This document shows positions 36,805 to 45,284 of a DNA stretch of 64,000 nucleotides, piece after piece. Source of the stretch: Clostridiales bacterium (GTDB lineage Bacteria > Bacillota > Clostridia > Oscillospirales > CAG-272); the NCBI GenBank assembly GCA_012514145.1, contig JAAZAV010000003.1, positions 13,516 to 77,515 of the forward strand. Reading direction: 5' to 3'. The notes beneath the pieces were generated by a model. The model did no database searches, was not told where the DNA came from, and saw only the letters and a program-made list of their open reading frames with translations. The position numbers and the translations under genes are program-made. Position 1 is the stretch's first letter. The number at the start of each line of letters is the position of its first letter.

Positions 36805-38157
36805 ATGAGCAGCGTTACACTGAAAATAAACCGCGAATATGTATGTGATGTGCTGGTCTGCGGCGGAGGCGTCTCCGGCTTCTCGGCGGCGGTATCGGCT
36901 GCAAGGAGCGGCGCCGACGTGATTTTGGTGGAGCCGGGCGGCTTTCTCGGCGGCACGGCAACAAAAGGCATGGTGGGTCCCTTCATGACCTGCTACGACG
37001 CCGCCGGAAAAAACCGCATCATCCGCGGTCTGTTTGAGGAACTTGTGGAGCGGCTGGTGAGCGAGGGGGGCGCGGTGTCATACCTCGACTGCCCCGGCTC
37101 GGACAGCCGCAGCGGCTACCGCACTTCCGGACACATCGGCGTCACACCCTTCGATATCGAGGCGCTCAAGCGGGTAACCGAGGCAATGTGCCTTGAAGCC
37201 GGCGTTCGCCTGCTTTACCACAACACGGCGGTTGGCTGCGACACCGACGGCGGCCGCCATATCACCCGGGTCTACACCGCCGACAGCGAGGGCATCAATG
37301 CCATAGACGCCTTGGTATTCATCGACGCCACCGGCTGTGCGGCGCTGGCTGCCAAGGCGGGCGCCGGCACCATGCGGGGCGACGAGGACGGCTTCGTCCA
37401 GACTTCATCCATGTTCTTCACCATATCGGGCGTTGATAAAGAGGAGCTGGACAAACACATGTACCTCGACGGCGACATGCGCCGCCGCTTCTACATGGAC
37501 GAGATTGAGGAGGCGAAAAGCGAAGGCCGCTTCTCGGGCGGCACGCTGAAACTCCGCATCTTTGAGGGACTTGGCGGAATCTGGGTAGTCAACATGGCTC
37601 AGCACGACGACCCCTACAACGAGCTTGACAGCGGGGAGCTGACGAAGGTCGAGATATCCCAGCGGCTGCAGATACTTCAGATATTCAACTGGATGAAAGA
37701 GACGGTGCCGGCTCTCAAAAACATAAAGTTAGTCGCCACCGCCTCCGACATGGGCATACGGGAGAGCCGCCGCATTATCGGCAGGAAGATATTCACCGGC
37801 GAGGACATTATGAACGCCGTCCTCTTCGACGACCGGATAGCCGTCTGCGCCAACTCCATCGACATTCATCAGAAGGTGGGCGTCAGCTACAGCACTTATA
37901 AAGCCGAAAGCAATTACAGCATCCCTCTCGGCGCACTGATTTCCCGGGATATCGACAACCTTATGGCGGCGGGCAAGTGCCTGTCTGCCGACAAGTACGC
38001 CTTTGCCGCGGTTCGGGTCATGCCCCCCTGCATAGCCATGGGTGAGGCTGCCGGCATAACAGCAGCGATAGCCGCCCTTGACGGTATCGATGTCTGCGAT
38101 GTCCCCGCCGAGTCGGTTCAGGTCGAGATCGCCGCGAGAGGAGGTTATCTGGAATGA
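36805..38157 (+). CDS. FAD-dependent oxidoreductase (FAD_oxidored/PF12831-like)
   Basis: VLVCGGGVSGFSAAVSAARSGADVILVEPGGFLGG dinucleotide-binding motif; 9-nt gap after the lipoprotein gene. Confidence 0.75.
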   Translation: MSSVTLKINREYVCDVLVCGGGVSGFSAAVSAARSGADVILVEPGGFLGGTATKGMVGPFMTCYDAAGKNRIIRGLFEELVERLVSEGGAVSYLDCPGSDSRSGYRTSGHIGVTPFDIEALKRVTEAMCLEAGVRLLYHNTAVGCDTDGGRHITRVYTADSEGINAIDALVFIDATGCAALAAKAGAGTMRGDEDGFVQTSSMFFTISGVDKEELDKHMYLDGDMRRRFYMDEIEEAKSEGRFSGGTLKLRIFEGLGGIWVVNMAQHDDPYNELDSGELTKVEISQRLQILQIFNWMKETVPALKNIKLVATASDMGIRESRRIIGRKIFTGEDIMNAVLFDDRIAVCANSIDIHQKVGVSYSTYKAESNYSIPLGALISRDIDNLMAAGKCLSADKYAFAAVRVMPPCIAMGEAAGITAAIAALDGIDVCDVPAESVQVEIAARGGYLE

Positions 38158-39137
38158 AGGTACACGCGGAATTATTCATGCCCTTTATAAACCCCACCCG
38201 CAGTGAATCGGTGAAGGCGAAATATGCCGACAATCCCGCTCTTTCGTCGGCTCTGAGCCGCTATCGCAGCATACAGGGCTTCACGGCTTACGGCGATTGC
38301 GGCTTTGTGTTCTTCCATACCGGAATCTGCGGCGTGTATGACCTTGCCGCCCGCAATCCCGAGCCGACAGGCGTGTTCCTGCTCGGCTCATACAACGAGG
38401 GCGACCCCGACTCCCGCTATACAAATCACGCGAATCAGGCGATGTTCCCCGACGTCACGCTTTTGGAATGCAGCCGGGCGTTTTATCCCGGGAACAGCGA
38501 TTTCCCTCTGCTCCGGGTCACAACCGGCAACAGCGGCGAGGCGGACGATACGGGCTATATCGCCCGCTGCGCCGTCGAGAACGTCACCCTTGACCGCGAG
38601 ACGGGCGTGTTCACCTCCGAGACGGTGCAGACGATTGCCTACTGCAACAGCGGCATAGAGAATACCTCATATGAAACGCCCTGCTGGGGCTGGCCTGCCT
38701 GGGTGGCGGATGTCGAGAAGGGGCGCTGTTACATATTCTCGGCGCGCTACCGCACAAAGAAGGAGTTTCTCGACAAATACGACATAAACGCCTACATAGT
38801 CACCGAATTCGCCCTGCCCGAAATGGGGGAGAAGGGCGGAACGGTTATCCTGCGCCCGGGCGATATACTTGACCAGTTCACACTGCCCTTCAACGTCCTC
38901 TTTACTCAAGGGGGCATGCTGCGGGAGGGCAGAATATACCACACTTTCGGCGCCGGAACCGAGACATATCCCAACGCCCTGCGGGTCATCGACTTAGCCG
39001 GACGGCGGTTCGAGGTTGAAGCCGACCTGTCGCAGACCTGTTTCGCCGATGAGGAGATCGAATGCTGCGCCTTCTTCAGGGGGCGGATGCTGGTAAACAC
39101 CCAGGGCGGCAAACTCTACACACTTGATTTTCAGTGA
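38154..39137 (+). CDS. Hypothetical protein, no recognisable family
   Basis: ATGA start/stop overlap with the FAD gene; codon usage is consistent with neighbours; no signal peptide or TM segment. Confidence 0.5.
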   Translation: MKVHAELFMPFINPTRSESVKAKYADNPALSSALSRYRSIQGFTAYGDCGFVFFHTGICGVYDLAARNPEPTGVFLLGSYNEGDPDSRYTNHANQAMFPDVTLLECSRAFYPGNSDFPLLRVTTGNSGEADDTGYIARCAVENVTLDRETGVFTSETVQTIAYCNSGIENTSYETPCWGWPAWVADVEKGRCYIFSARYRTKKEFLDKYDINAYIVTEFALPEMGEKGGTVILRPGDILDQFTLPFNVLFTQGGMLREGRIYHTFGAGTETYPNALRVIDLAGRRFEVEADLSQTCFADEEIECCAFFRGRMLVNTQGGKLYTLDFQ

Positions 39138-39240
39138 AAGGATGGGGGAAATGAGCGGTTACAACAATCCCGTGCATCCCGTGCCTGCGCGAAGTGAGTG
39201 AATTACCGCTTGCGGGCATGATATAACAAGTACAATATAA

Positions 39241-39288
39241 AAGAACGGAGATGTGCCGAATCGGCACATCTCCGTTCTTCTCTTTTTA
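39241..39288. terminator. Bidirectional rho-independent terminator (18-bp perfect stem)
   Basis: aagaacggagatgtgccg-aat-cggcacatctccgttctt, followed by ctcttttt and preceded by an A-rich tract. Confidence 0.85.
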
Positions 39289-39489
39289 TTGGTCTGTGAT
39301 CGGCTCTCCGCCCGGGTTATCGCCTTTTCCGCGCCGCAGTCGTATAGCTCGCTTATCTCCTCGGTGTCCTGTTCCGAGGTGTTTTCCGGCTCGTTGTACC
39401 ATTCGCAGACACCGTATTTTTCGCAGCGGCGCAAGCGATGAAAGGTTGATGAAATCCGTTCTTAATCCTCCCTTAAGACTGTCTGACGG

Positions 39490-40857
39490 TTACTCCCGCG
39501 TTTCAAAATATTCGGCAAGCCGGGCGGCAAGCAGCTTCGAGAAAGCCGTGCTGCCCTTTGTGTTCATGTGTCCCCAGTCGGAGAAATTGGTGTGGTCGGC
39601 GTTTATCTCTCCCGCCAGCTCAATGTTGTAGTTGAAGAAGGTTATCCCACGGGCTTCGGCTATCTCCTCAAGGCGCCTGTTGCCCATATCGTCCATGCTC
39701 CTCGCCCGTCTGCCCTCGATATACTCGGGGCATTCTACAAAGACCACATGAATTCCGTAATCCTCGAACACATCCAGCAGCCGGTCAAGCGCCGCCCACT
39801 GATCCTCTTTCAGGTCGCAGGGCTGATCCTTGGCTCTGCCGTTGTAATCGGCTTCCCAGGGCACATAGCCCTTGTAGTATTCGCTGGTTATGTTGTTGTC
39901 CTTGTCCACCTGCCGCTCGTGGACATAAACCGGGACTTCGGGCAGCGGCGCGTCTGAATCGATGTCGTCAGCCGTCTCCTCCTGCCCTTCGGCGGCGGGG
40001 AGCGCGTCCGCGTCCCTTCCCCCGATATACCAGCCCAGCATCTCGGGTATGCGGTCGCGGGAGTAGATGACGGGTATGCGGTTGAACGCCCAGGTCAGCA
40101 CTTCGTCAAGGTCCAGCCAGTTGATTTTATCAGCCCGCGTGGCTTCTTTTTCGGCTTCGGCCGCCTCCTGAGCCGCTAATTTTTCTTCAATCTCGGCGGC
40201 GCGTTCGGCGTCCTCTGCCTGCATGAGTCGGGTCTTGCGGATCTTGCGCATTATAGCCGCCGGACAGTCGGGGTTGGTGTCAAAGTCAATCCGCCTCCAC
40301 AGCCAGCCGTCGTCGCACATGAACCAGTCGACCGAAAAGACTATCGTTTCGGGTATCGGGTAGCCCGATTCGAGAAACACCTTCCACCAATCTAAATAAT
40401 ACTTCGGATTCGATCCGTTCAGGGCGAAGTTGAACCAGGAGCGCCGGGGTATGGCTTCTTCGAGATATTTCGGGTTGATGCCGTGAGCCGCGTGGGAGGT
40501 GCCTATGATTATGGTGTCGGCGTTATACAGGTTCTCGAACATCTCGTAGAACTGGCCGTAGTAGTGGTAGCAATGGCGGGTCTTGTATTTCTGATAGAAC
40601 TGCTCGTACTGCTCCGCCTTGCGCACGGCGGCTTCTGCCGCCAGACGAGCGGCCTCGGCTTCGGTTTTCGCGCCGGCAAGGGCTGCTTCGGCTGCGGCGG
40701 CACGGGCGGCAGCCTCCTCCACCACCGCCAGTTCGGCGTCAAGAAAGCCCTGCATGGCGGCGTTCAGCCCGAACACCATGAGAAAGGCGGCTGCCGTCAC
40801 GATAAGCCCCTTAATGAAAAATTCGGGCAGTGATTGTAATTCGTGTTTTTCTGTCAT
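39490..40857 (-). CDS. Membrane-anchored DltD/AlgJ/SGNH-like partner of the MBOAT O-acyltransferase
   Basis: One N-terminal TM helix, an Ala/Glu-rich coiled segment, IIIGTSHAAHG and a C-terminal SDWGHMN (DxxH-like) block. Sits 11 nt downstream of the MBOAT gene. Confidence 0.45.
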   Translation of the reverse strand: MTEKHELQSLPEFFIKGLIVTAAAFLMVFGLNAAMQGFLDAELAVVEEAAARAAAAEAALAGAKTEAEAARLAAEAAVRKAEQYEQFYQKYKTRHCYHYYGQFYEMFENLYNADTIIIGTSHAAHGINPKYLEEAIPRRSWFNFALNGSNPKYYLDWWKVFLESGYPIPETIVFSVDWFMCDDGWLWRRIDFDTNPDCPAAIMRKIRKTRLMQAEDAERAAEIEEKLAAQEAAEAEKEATRADKINWLDLDEVLTWAFNRIPVIYSRDRIPEMLGWYIGGRDADALPAAEGQEETADDIDSDAPLPEVPVYVHERQVDKDNNITSEYYKGYVPWEADYNGRAKDQPCDLKEDQWAALDRLLDVFEDYGIHVVFVECPEYIEGRRARSMDDMGNRRLEEIAEARGITFFNYNIELAGEINADHTNFSDWGHMNTKGSTAFSKLLAARLAEYFETRE

Positions 40858-40868
40858 AATTTACCCGC

Positions 40869-42317
40869 TCAGAACTGGAAATAGATGAAGGATTTGTTGT
40901 CGTAGGCGCCGAACACCACAATGATAAATAACAGCAGCGCGTAGGATACCAGCCGCACAACCTGCGCCGCCCTGGTGCCGCCGGTGTACCAGCCGGTCAC
41001 CGCCGGGAGCTTTGTCAGCAGCTCGGTGCCGAAAAGGATAACCGGCGCACCGATTGCGATGTATGCCCGGAATATTTCAATATGCGTAAATTCGCATTTC
41101 GTGCCGGCGAAAAGGTTCCCCAGCACATAGAAGCAGTCGGAGAAGCTTTCGGCGCGGAAGAACACCCAGGTCACCGAAATCAGGCAGAAGGTAACGGCTA
41201 TCTGCAGTCCGGCGTTAAGCCAGCCTATCCGGTCGATGCGCAGAAGCGATTTTACCCTGTCCCGAATATCCTTTGTCAGCCGCGACAGGACAATATACAC
41301 GCCGTTTAAGAGTCCCCAGACAACGAAGGTAAACGATGCGCCGTGCCAGATGCCCGAAATGCCGAAGGTCACCAATTGATTCAAGCACCAGCGGGGTTTC
41401 GACACCCGATTGCCTCCAAGGGGGATATAGACATAGTCGCGGAACCAGGTTGACAGCGAGATATGCCAGCGCCGCCAGAATTCGGGCACCGACCTCGAGA
41501 AATAGGGCGTGTCGAAGTTCTGCATGAGCCGTATGTCCATTATCCTCGCCGCTCCGATGGCTATGTCCGAGTAGCCCGAGAAGTCGCAGTATATCTGCAC
41601 CGTGAAGCAGAGTATGCCGATGATAAGTCCTCCGCCCGAATAGGCGCGGGGGTCGGAGAAAACCGCATCGGCAAAGAGCGCCAGGTTGTCGGCTACCACC
41701 ACCTTCTTGAACATGCCCCAGAGCATCATTCGGCCGCCGTAGGAAAGATTGTCGTATTTTATATAACTCTCGGCTTTGAGCTGCGAAAACAGATTGCTGC
41801 TGCGCTCGATGGGACCCGCCACCAGCTGGGGGAAGAACATGAGGAAAAGCGAGAAATCGATGAAGCTGCGCTCCGCCTTCTCGCGCCCCATGTAAACATC
41901 TATGAGATAGCCCATGCTCTGGAAGGTGTGGAAGGATATGCCGATGGGCAGAACCATTTCGGGCAGCACCAGGGTGCGCATGTCAAAGAGCCGCCCGAAG
42001 AAGTTCACGGTATCCTCGAACATCCCCAGATACTTAAAGACCACCAGCAATGCCACGTTCAGCGACACGGCGGTTATGAAAATCCCCCGGCTCAGCCGTT
42101 TTGACCCCGATTCCCGGGCTTTCTCGCAGCCCAGGGCGCCGAAATAGTCGACGCAGGTGGTGAAAAGCAGTATGAGGATGTACTTCGGTATTAATGACAT
42201 GTAGAAGTAACAGCTTGCCGCCAAAAGGAAGTAACGCCTGAACCGATGGGGCAGCAGAAAGAAGATTATTACGGTTATCGGGAAGAATATTAGAAACTCT
42301 ACTGAATTGAAAAGCAT
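40869..42317 (-). CDS. MBOAT family membrane-bound O-acyltransferase (AlgI/DltB/PatA-like)
   Basis: MLFNSVEFLIFFPI N-terminus, FWRRWHISLSTWFRDYVYIPLGGNR and GISGIWHG (conserved His) blocks. Confidence 0.9.
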   Translation of the reverse strand: MLFNSVEFLIFFPITVIIFFLLPHRFRRYFLLAASCYFYMSLIPKYILILLFTTCVDYFGALGCEKARESGSKRLSRGIFITAVSLNVALLVVFKYLGMFEDTVNFFGRLFDMRTLVLPEMVLPIGISFHTFQSMGYLIDVYMGREKAERSFIDFSLFLMFFPQLVAGPIERSSNLFSQLKAESYIKYDNLSYGGRMMLWGMFKKVVVADNLALFADAVFSDPRAYSGGGLIIGILCFTVQIYCDFSGYSDIAIGAARIMDIRLMQNFDTPYFSRSVPEFWRRWHISLSTWFRDYVYIPLGGNRVSKPRWCLNQLVTFGISGIWHGASFTFVVWGLLNGVYIVLSRLTKDIRDRVKSLLRIDRIGWLNAGLQIAVTFCLISVTWVFFRAESFSDCFYVLGNLFAGTKCEFTHIEIFRAYIAIGAPVILFGTELLTKLPAVTGWYTGGTRAAQVVRLVSYALLLFIIVVFGAYDNKSFIYFQF

Positions 42318-42548
42318 GCCGCGACCTGCGTCTTTCCTGGTATTTGATGTCCGCATCATTTTACTCCATCGGCGCAACGATTTCCAGTGGTTGATGCAAT
42401 TTTGGTAATATGCTGAAATTCACGATGCCGATTTGGGCATTATGCGGATAACAGGGAGGATGGGTCAACCTGACATCATGCATTCGGCAAGATACCCTCC
42501 GTGTCCGCCGTCAAAGGCATACCCGGAGGGTATTTGATATGCTGCGGA

Positions 42549-43325
42549 TTATGATCCGGCAGACTGATATTTTCTCAGCCCCAGTCTGAACACCGCCGCG
42601 CAGGGAATGACAAAAAGCATGGCGGCGAGCGGCGCCAGCATTAGCCGCATATCCTCCGAGCGGCCTGTCAGATAGAGAAAAGGCCAGTACTGAAACAGGG
42701 CTATCGGAACCACATAGGTGTATATGCGCAGTATCCCCCTGCCGTAGATTGAAAGAGGATAGCGGGCGAACTCGCGGCTGCCGTCGGTTAGGATGTTTGT
42801 GAATTCAAGTCCTTCTATCGTGAAGAACGACACCCCGGCGTGCATCACAAAGAGCGACGCAAAGACGGTCACTCCGCTTACAAGCATGAGAATCAGGGTC
42901 AGCACCCTTGCGGGATTCCAGTCGATTTCGCAGGTCAACAGGGCATAGACAAGCATAATCACCGCCTGCGCCAGCCGCCCGATTCGCGAGAACTCCATGC
43001 TTGAGGTCAGCACCTGGAAGACCACACCCCGGGGGCGCACCAGCAAACGGTCAAGCGAGCCGCTGTTTATAAGCCGCTGGAAGGAGTCGAATCCCCGGAA
43101 GAAACATTCGGCAAAGGCGAACGCCGCCAGAACAACCGAGAAGCAGATGAGAATCTCGGAGAACGAGTAGCCGTCCACCCGATGAAACCGCGCCAGCATG
43201 AAATATACTCCGGCAAAGGCGGTGAAGGAGACAAGAAACTGCCCGATTATCGTCATGAGAAAGGACAGCCTGTACTGCATCTGACAGCGCAGCAGCATGC
43301 CGAGATAACGAAAATATAACTTCAT
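42549..43325 (-). CDS. ABC-2 type transporter permease
   Basis: About 6 hydrophobic segments, 18 nt after a paralogous permease, in an operon with the ABC ATPase. Confidence 0.6.
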   Translation of the reverse strand: MKLYFRYLGMLLRCQMQYRLSFLMTIIGQFLVSFTAFAGVYFMLARFHRVDGYSFSEILICFSVVLAAFAFAECFFRGFDSFQRLINSGSLDRLLVRPRGVVFQVLTSSMEFSRIGRLAQAVIMLVYALLTCEIDWNPARVLTLILMLVSGVTVFASLFVMHAGVSFFTIEGLEFTNILTDGSREFARYPLSIYGRGILRIYTYVVPIALFQYWPFLYLTGRSEDMRLMLAPLAAMLFVIPCAAVFRLGLRKYQSAGS

Positions 43326-43343
43326 TGTCTTGTCACCAACCCG

Positions 43344-44147
43344 TCAGCCTCCCTGTACCACTACCCGTCTGAGAGCCGAGCGCATGAACAGCCCTCCGGC
43401 CGCCAGCAGCGCCGTCAGCCAGATAAGCTGCATCGCCAACGCGCCGAGTGCCTCGGTACCGGAAATATGCCCCGTCCATATGAGAAACGGCGTGCTCTGC
43501 ATGGAGGCGAAAGGCAGGGCACAGAACACTCTCTGCAGCGGCTCGGGGAAGAAGGGGATGGGTATTATCGCCCCCGAGAAAAACTCGGTGACCGCAGCCG
43601 CGAGGATGCGCACTCCCGAGGTGGTGAGCGTGTAGAAAGCCGATATGTATACCAGCATCGAAAATGCCGTCACCACCGCCAGTCCCATCGCCATGGACAA
43701 GAGAAAGAGCGGCGCCGCCGGTAGAGACGCCGGGAGCGAAATACAATAGGGTTTTGGCAGCAGGGCGGCGAAAACCAGGATCGGCAGACAGCGGAGCGCC
43801 GCCCTTGACAGCCGGACCGCGCAGTTCTTTATGAACCACATGGCGTAGAGGTCGCAGGGACGACACAGCTCATAGCCCACCGAGCCGGTGGTTACGCTGT
43901 CCAGTATCTCGCCGTCATAGTACCAGCCCATGAACAGGGCTAAGAACGCCTGCTGCAGCCAGATGTAGGAGGACAGCGCCGACATCGACATGGGGAATGA
44001 AGCCGGATCGCTTTTGTAAAAGGCGCGGTACATCAGTATTGTCATGCCGCCCCAGAAGAACTGGGTAGCCATCCCCGCCCATGCCGCCGCCCGATACTGC
44101 AGGCCGGCTATGAAGCGTATCCGAAGGAATGATAGATATTTCTTCAT
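43344..44147 (-). CDS. ABC-2 type transporter permease
   Basis: Polytopic membrane protein immediately downstream (18 nt) of the ABC ATPase. Confidence 0.6.
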   Translation of the reverse strand: MKKYLSFLRIRFIAGLQYRAAAWAGMATQFFWGGMTILMYRAFYKSDPASFPMSMSALSSYIWLQQAFLALFMGWYYDGEILDSVTTGSVGYELCRPCDLYAMWFIKNCAVRLSRAALRCLPILVFAALLPKPYCISLPASLPAAPLFLLSMAMGLAVVTAFSMLVYISAFYTLTTSGVRILAAAVTEFFSGAIIPIPFFPEPLQRVFCALPFASMQSTPFLIWTGHISGTEALGALAMQLIWLTALLAAGGLFMRSALRRVVVQGG

Positions 44148-44165
44148 GTCTTAATTCTTATACCC

Positions 44166-45161
44166 TCATACCCCTATGCCGAATTCCCGATAGAGCGATA
44201 CCACCGTCTCGTCGATACTCTCGCCGCTGACCGATATGTCGCGTATCTCGCACTTCTCCGAGATGAGGGATATGGCTGCCGACACCGGAAGCCGCTCGGT
44301 GTCAAGGGTGAACACCGCCCGCCCGGGTCTCGATTCGCTTTCAGACAGGGTCAGTCCGTCAACTTTTACACCCGCCACATCCTCGCCGCCGGAATATGTT
44401 ACGGTGAGGGTGCGGACAGCGGAATGTCTCTCCCGCAGTCCGGCAAGTGAGCCGTCAAGCAGGATTCTGCCGCCGCCGATGAGGATTATCCGCTCGGTCA
44501 GCGCTTCAATATCCTGCATGTCGTGGGTGGTGAGTATTACCGTTGTGCCCCGCTCCCGGTTCAGTGCGCGGATGAAGTCGCGCACCGCCAGCTTCGACAC
44601 GGCGTCAAGCCCTATCGTCGGCTCGTCAAGGAACAGAATTTTCGGGTCGTGGAGCAGAGAGGCGGCGAACTCGCAGCGCATTCTCTGCCCGAGTGAAAGC
44701 TGACGCGCCGGAGTGCGCAGCAGCTCCCCAAGCCCCAGCAGTTCGGTGAGGCGGTCAAGGTTTGCCTTATAATCGGCTTCCTTTATTCTGTATATATCGC
44801 GCAGCAGCTCAAAGCTGTCGATGACCGGCACATCCCACCAGAGCTGGGAGCGCTGGCCGAAGACCACGCCGATCTCCGCCGCGTGGCGCCGCCGCTCCTT
44901 CCAGGGCACTCTGCCGTTTATGACGCACTCGCCGCTGTCGGGGGTGAGTATGCCGCTCATTATCTTTACGGTGCTGCTCTTGCCCGCGCCGTTGGGACCG
45001 ATGTAGCCCACCATCTCGCCCTCTCCTATGGTGAAGGACACATCGCGCAGCGCCTTAATACAGGTGTATTCCTTCTTGAAGAGAGCCTTAACCGCCTCGC
45101 CGAAGCCGGGATTCCTCTTCGCAACACGGAAAGTTTTGTTTATGCCTTTAAGCTCGATCAT
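44166..45161 (-). CDS. ABC transporter ATP-binding protein
   Basis: Walker A GPNGAGKSS, signature LSLGQRMR, Walker B ILFLDEPT. Confidence 0.9.
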   Translation of the reverse strand: MIELKGINKTFRVAKRNPGFGEAVKALFKKEYTCIKALRDVSFTIGEGEMVGYIGPNGAGKSSTVKIMSGILTPDSGECVINGRVPWKERRRHAAEIGVVFGQRSQLWWDVPVIDSFELLRDIYRIKEADYKANLDRLTELLGLGELLRTPARQLSLGQRMRCEFAASLLHDPKILFLDEPTIGLDAVSKLAVRDFIRALNRERGTTVILTTHDMQDIEALTERIILIGGGRILLDGSLAGLRERHSAVRTLTVTYSGGEDVAGVKVDGLTLSESESRPGRAVFTLDTERLPVSAAISLISEKCEIRDISVSGESIDETVVSLYREFGIGV

Positions 45162-45284
45162 GCCCGCATGCCGCCTCCTTTTCGCCTGTGGTCGTATGGA
45201 GCAAAAAGGCTTTTGTACGCGGAACGGGGGTTGCCTTTATCCGTGAACGCAAGCCTTGCTTTATCGCGTTTTATGAAATATCGT

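Noticed and set aside
39159-39434. A 91-aa minus-strand ORF (Cys-containing, acidic) in the 350-bp gap after the lipoprotein operon.
   Set aside because: It has a TTG start without an SD, and the ORF runs straight through the 18-bp terminator hairpin. It is probably non-coding. The 39290-39489 region remains unexplained.
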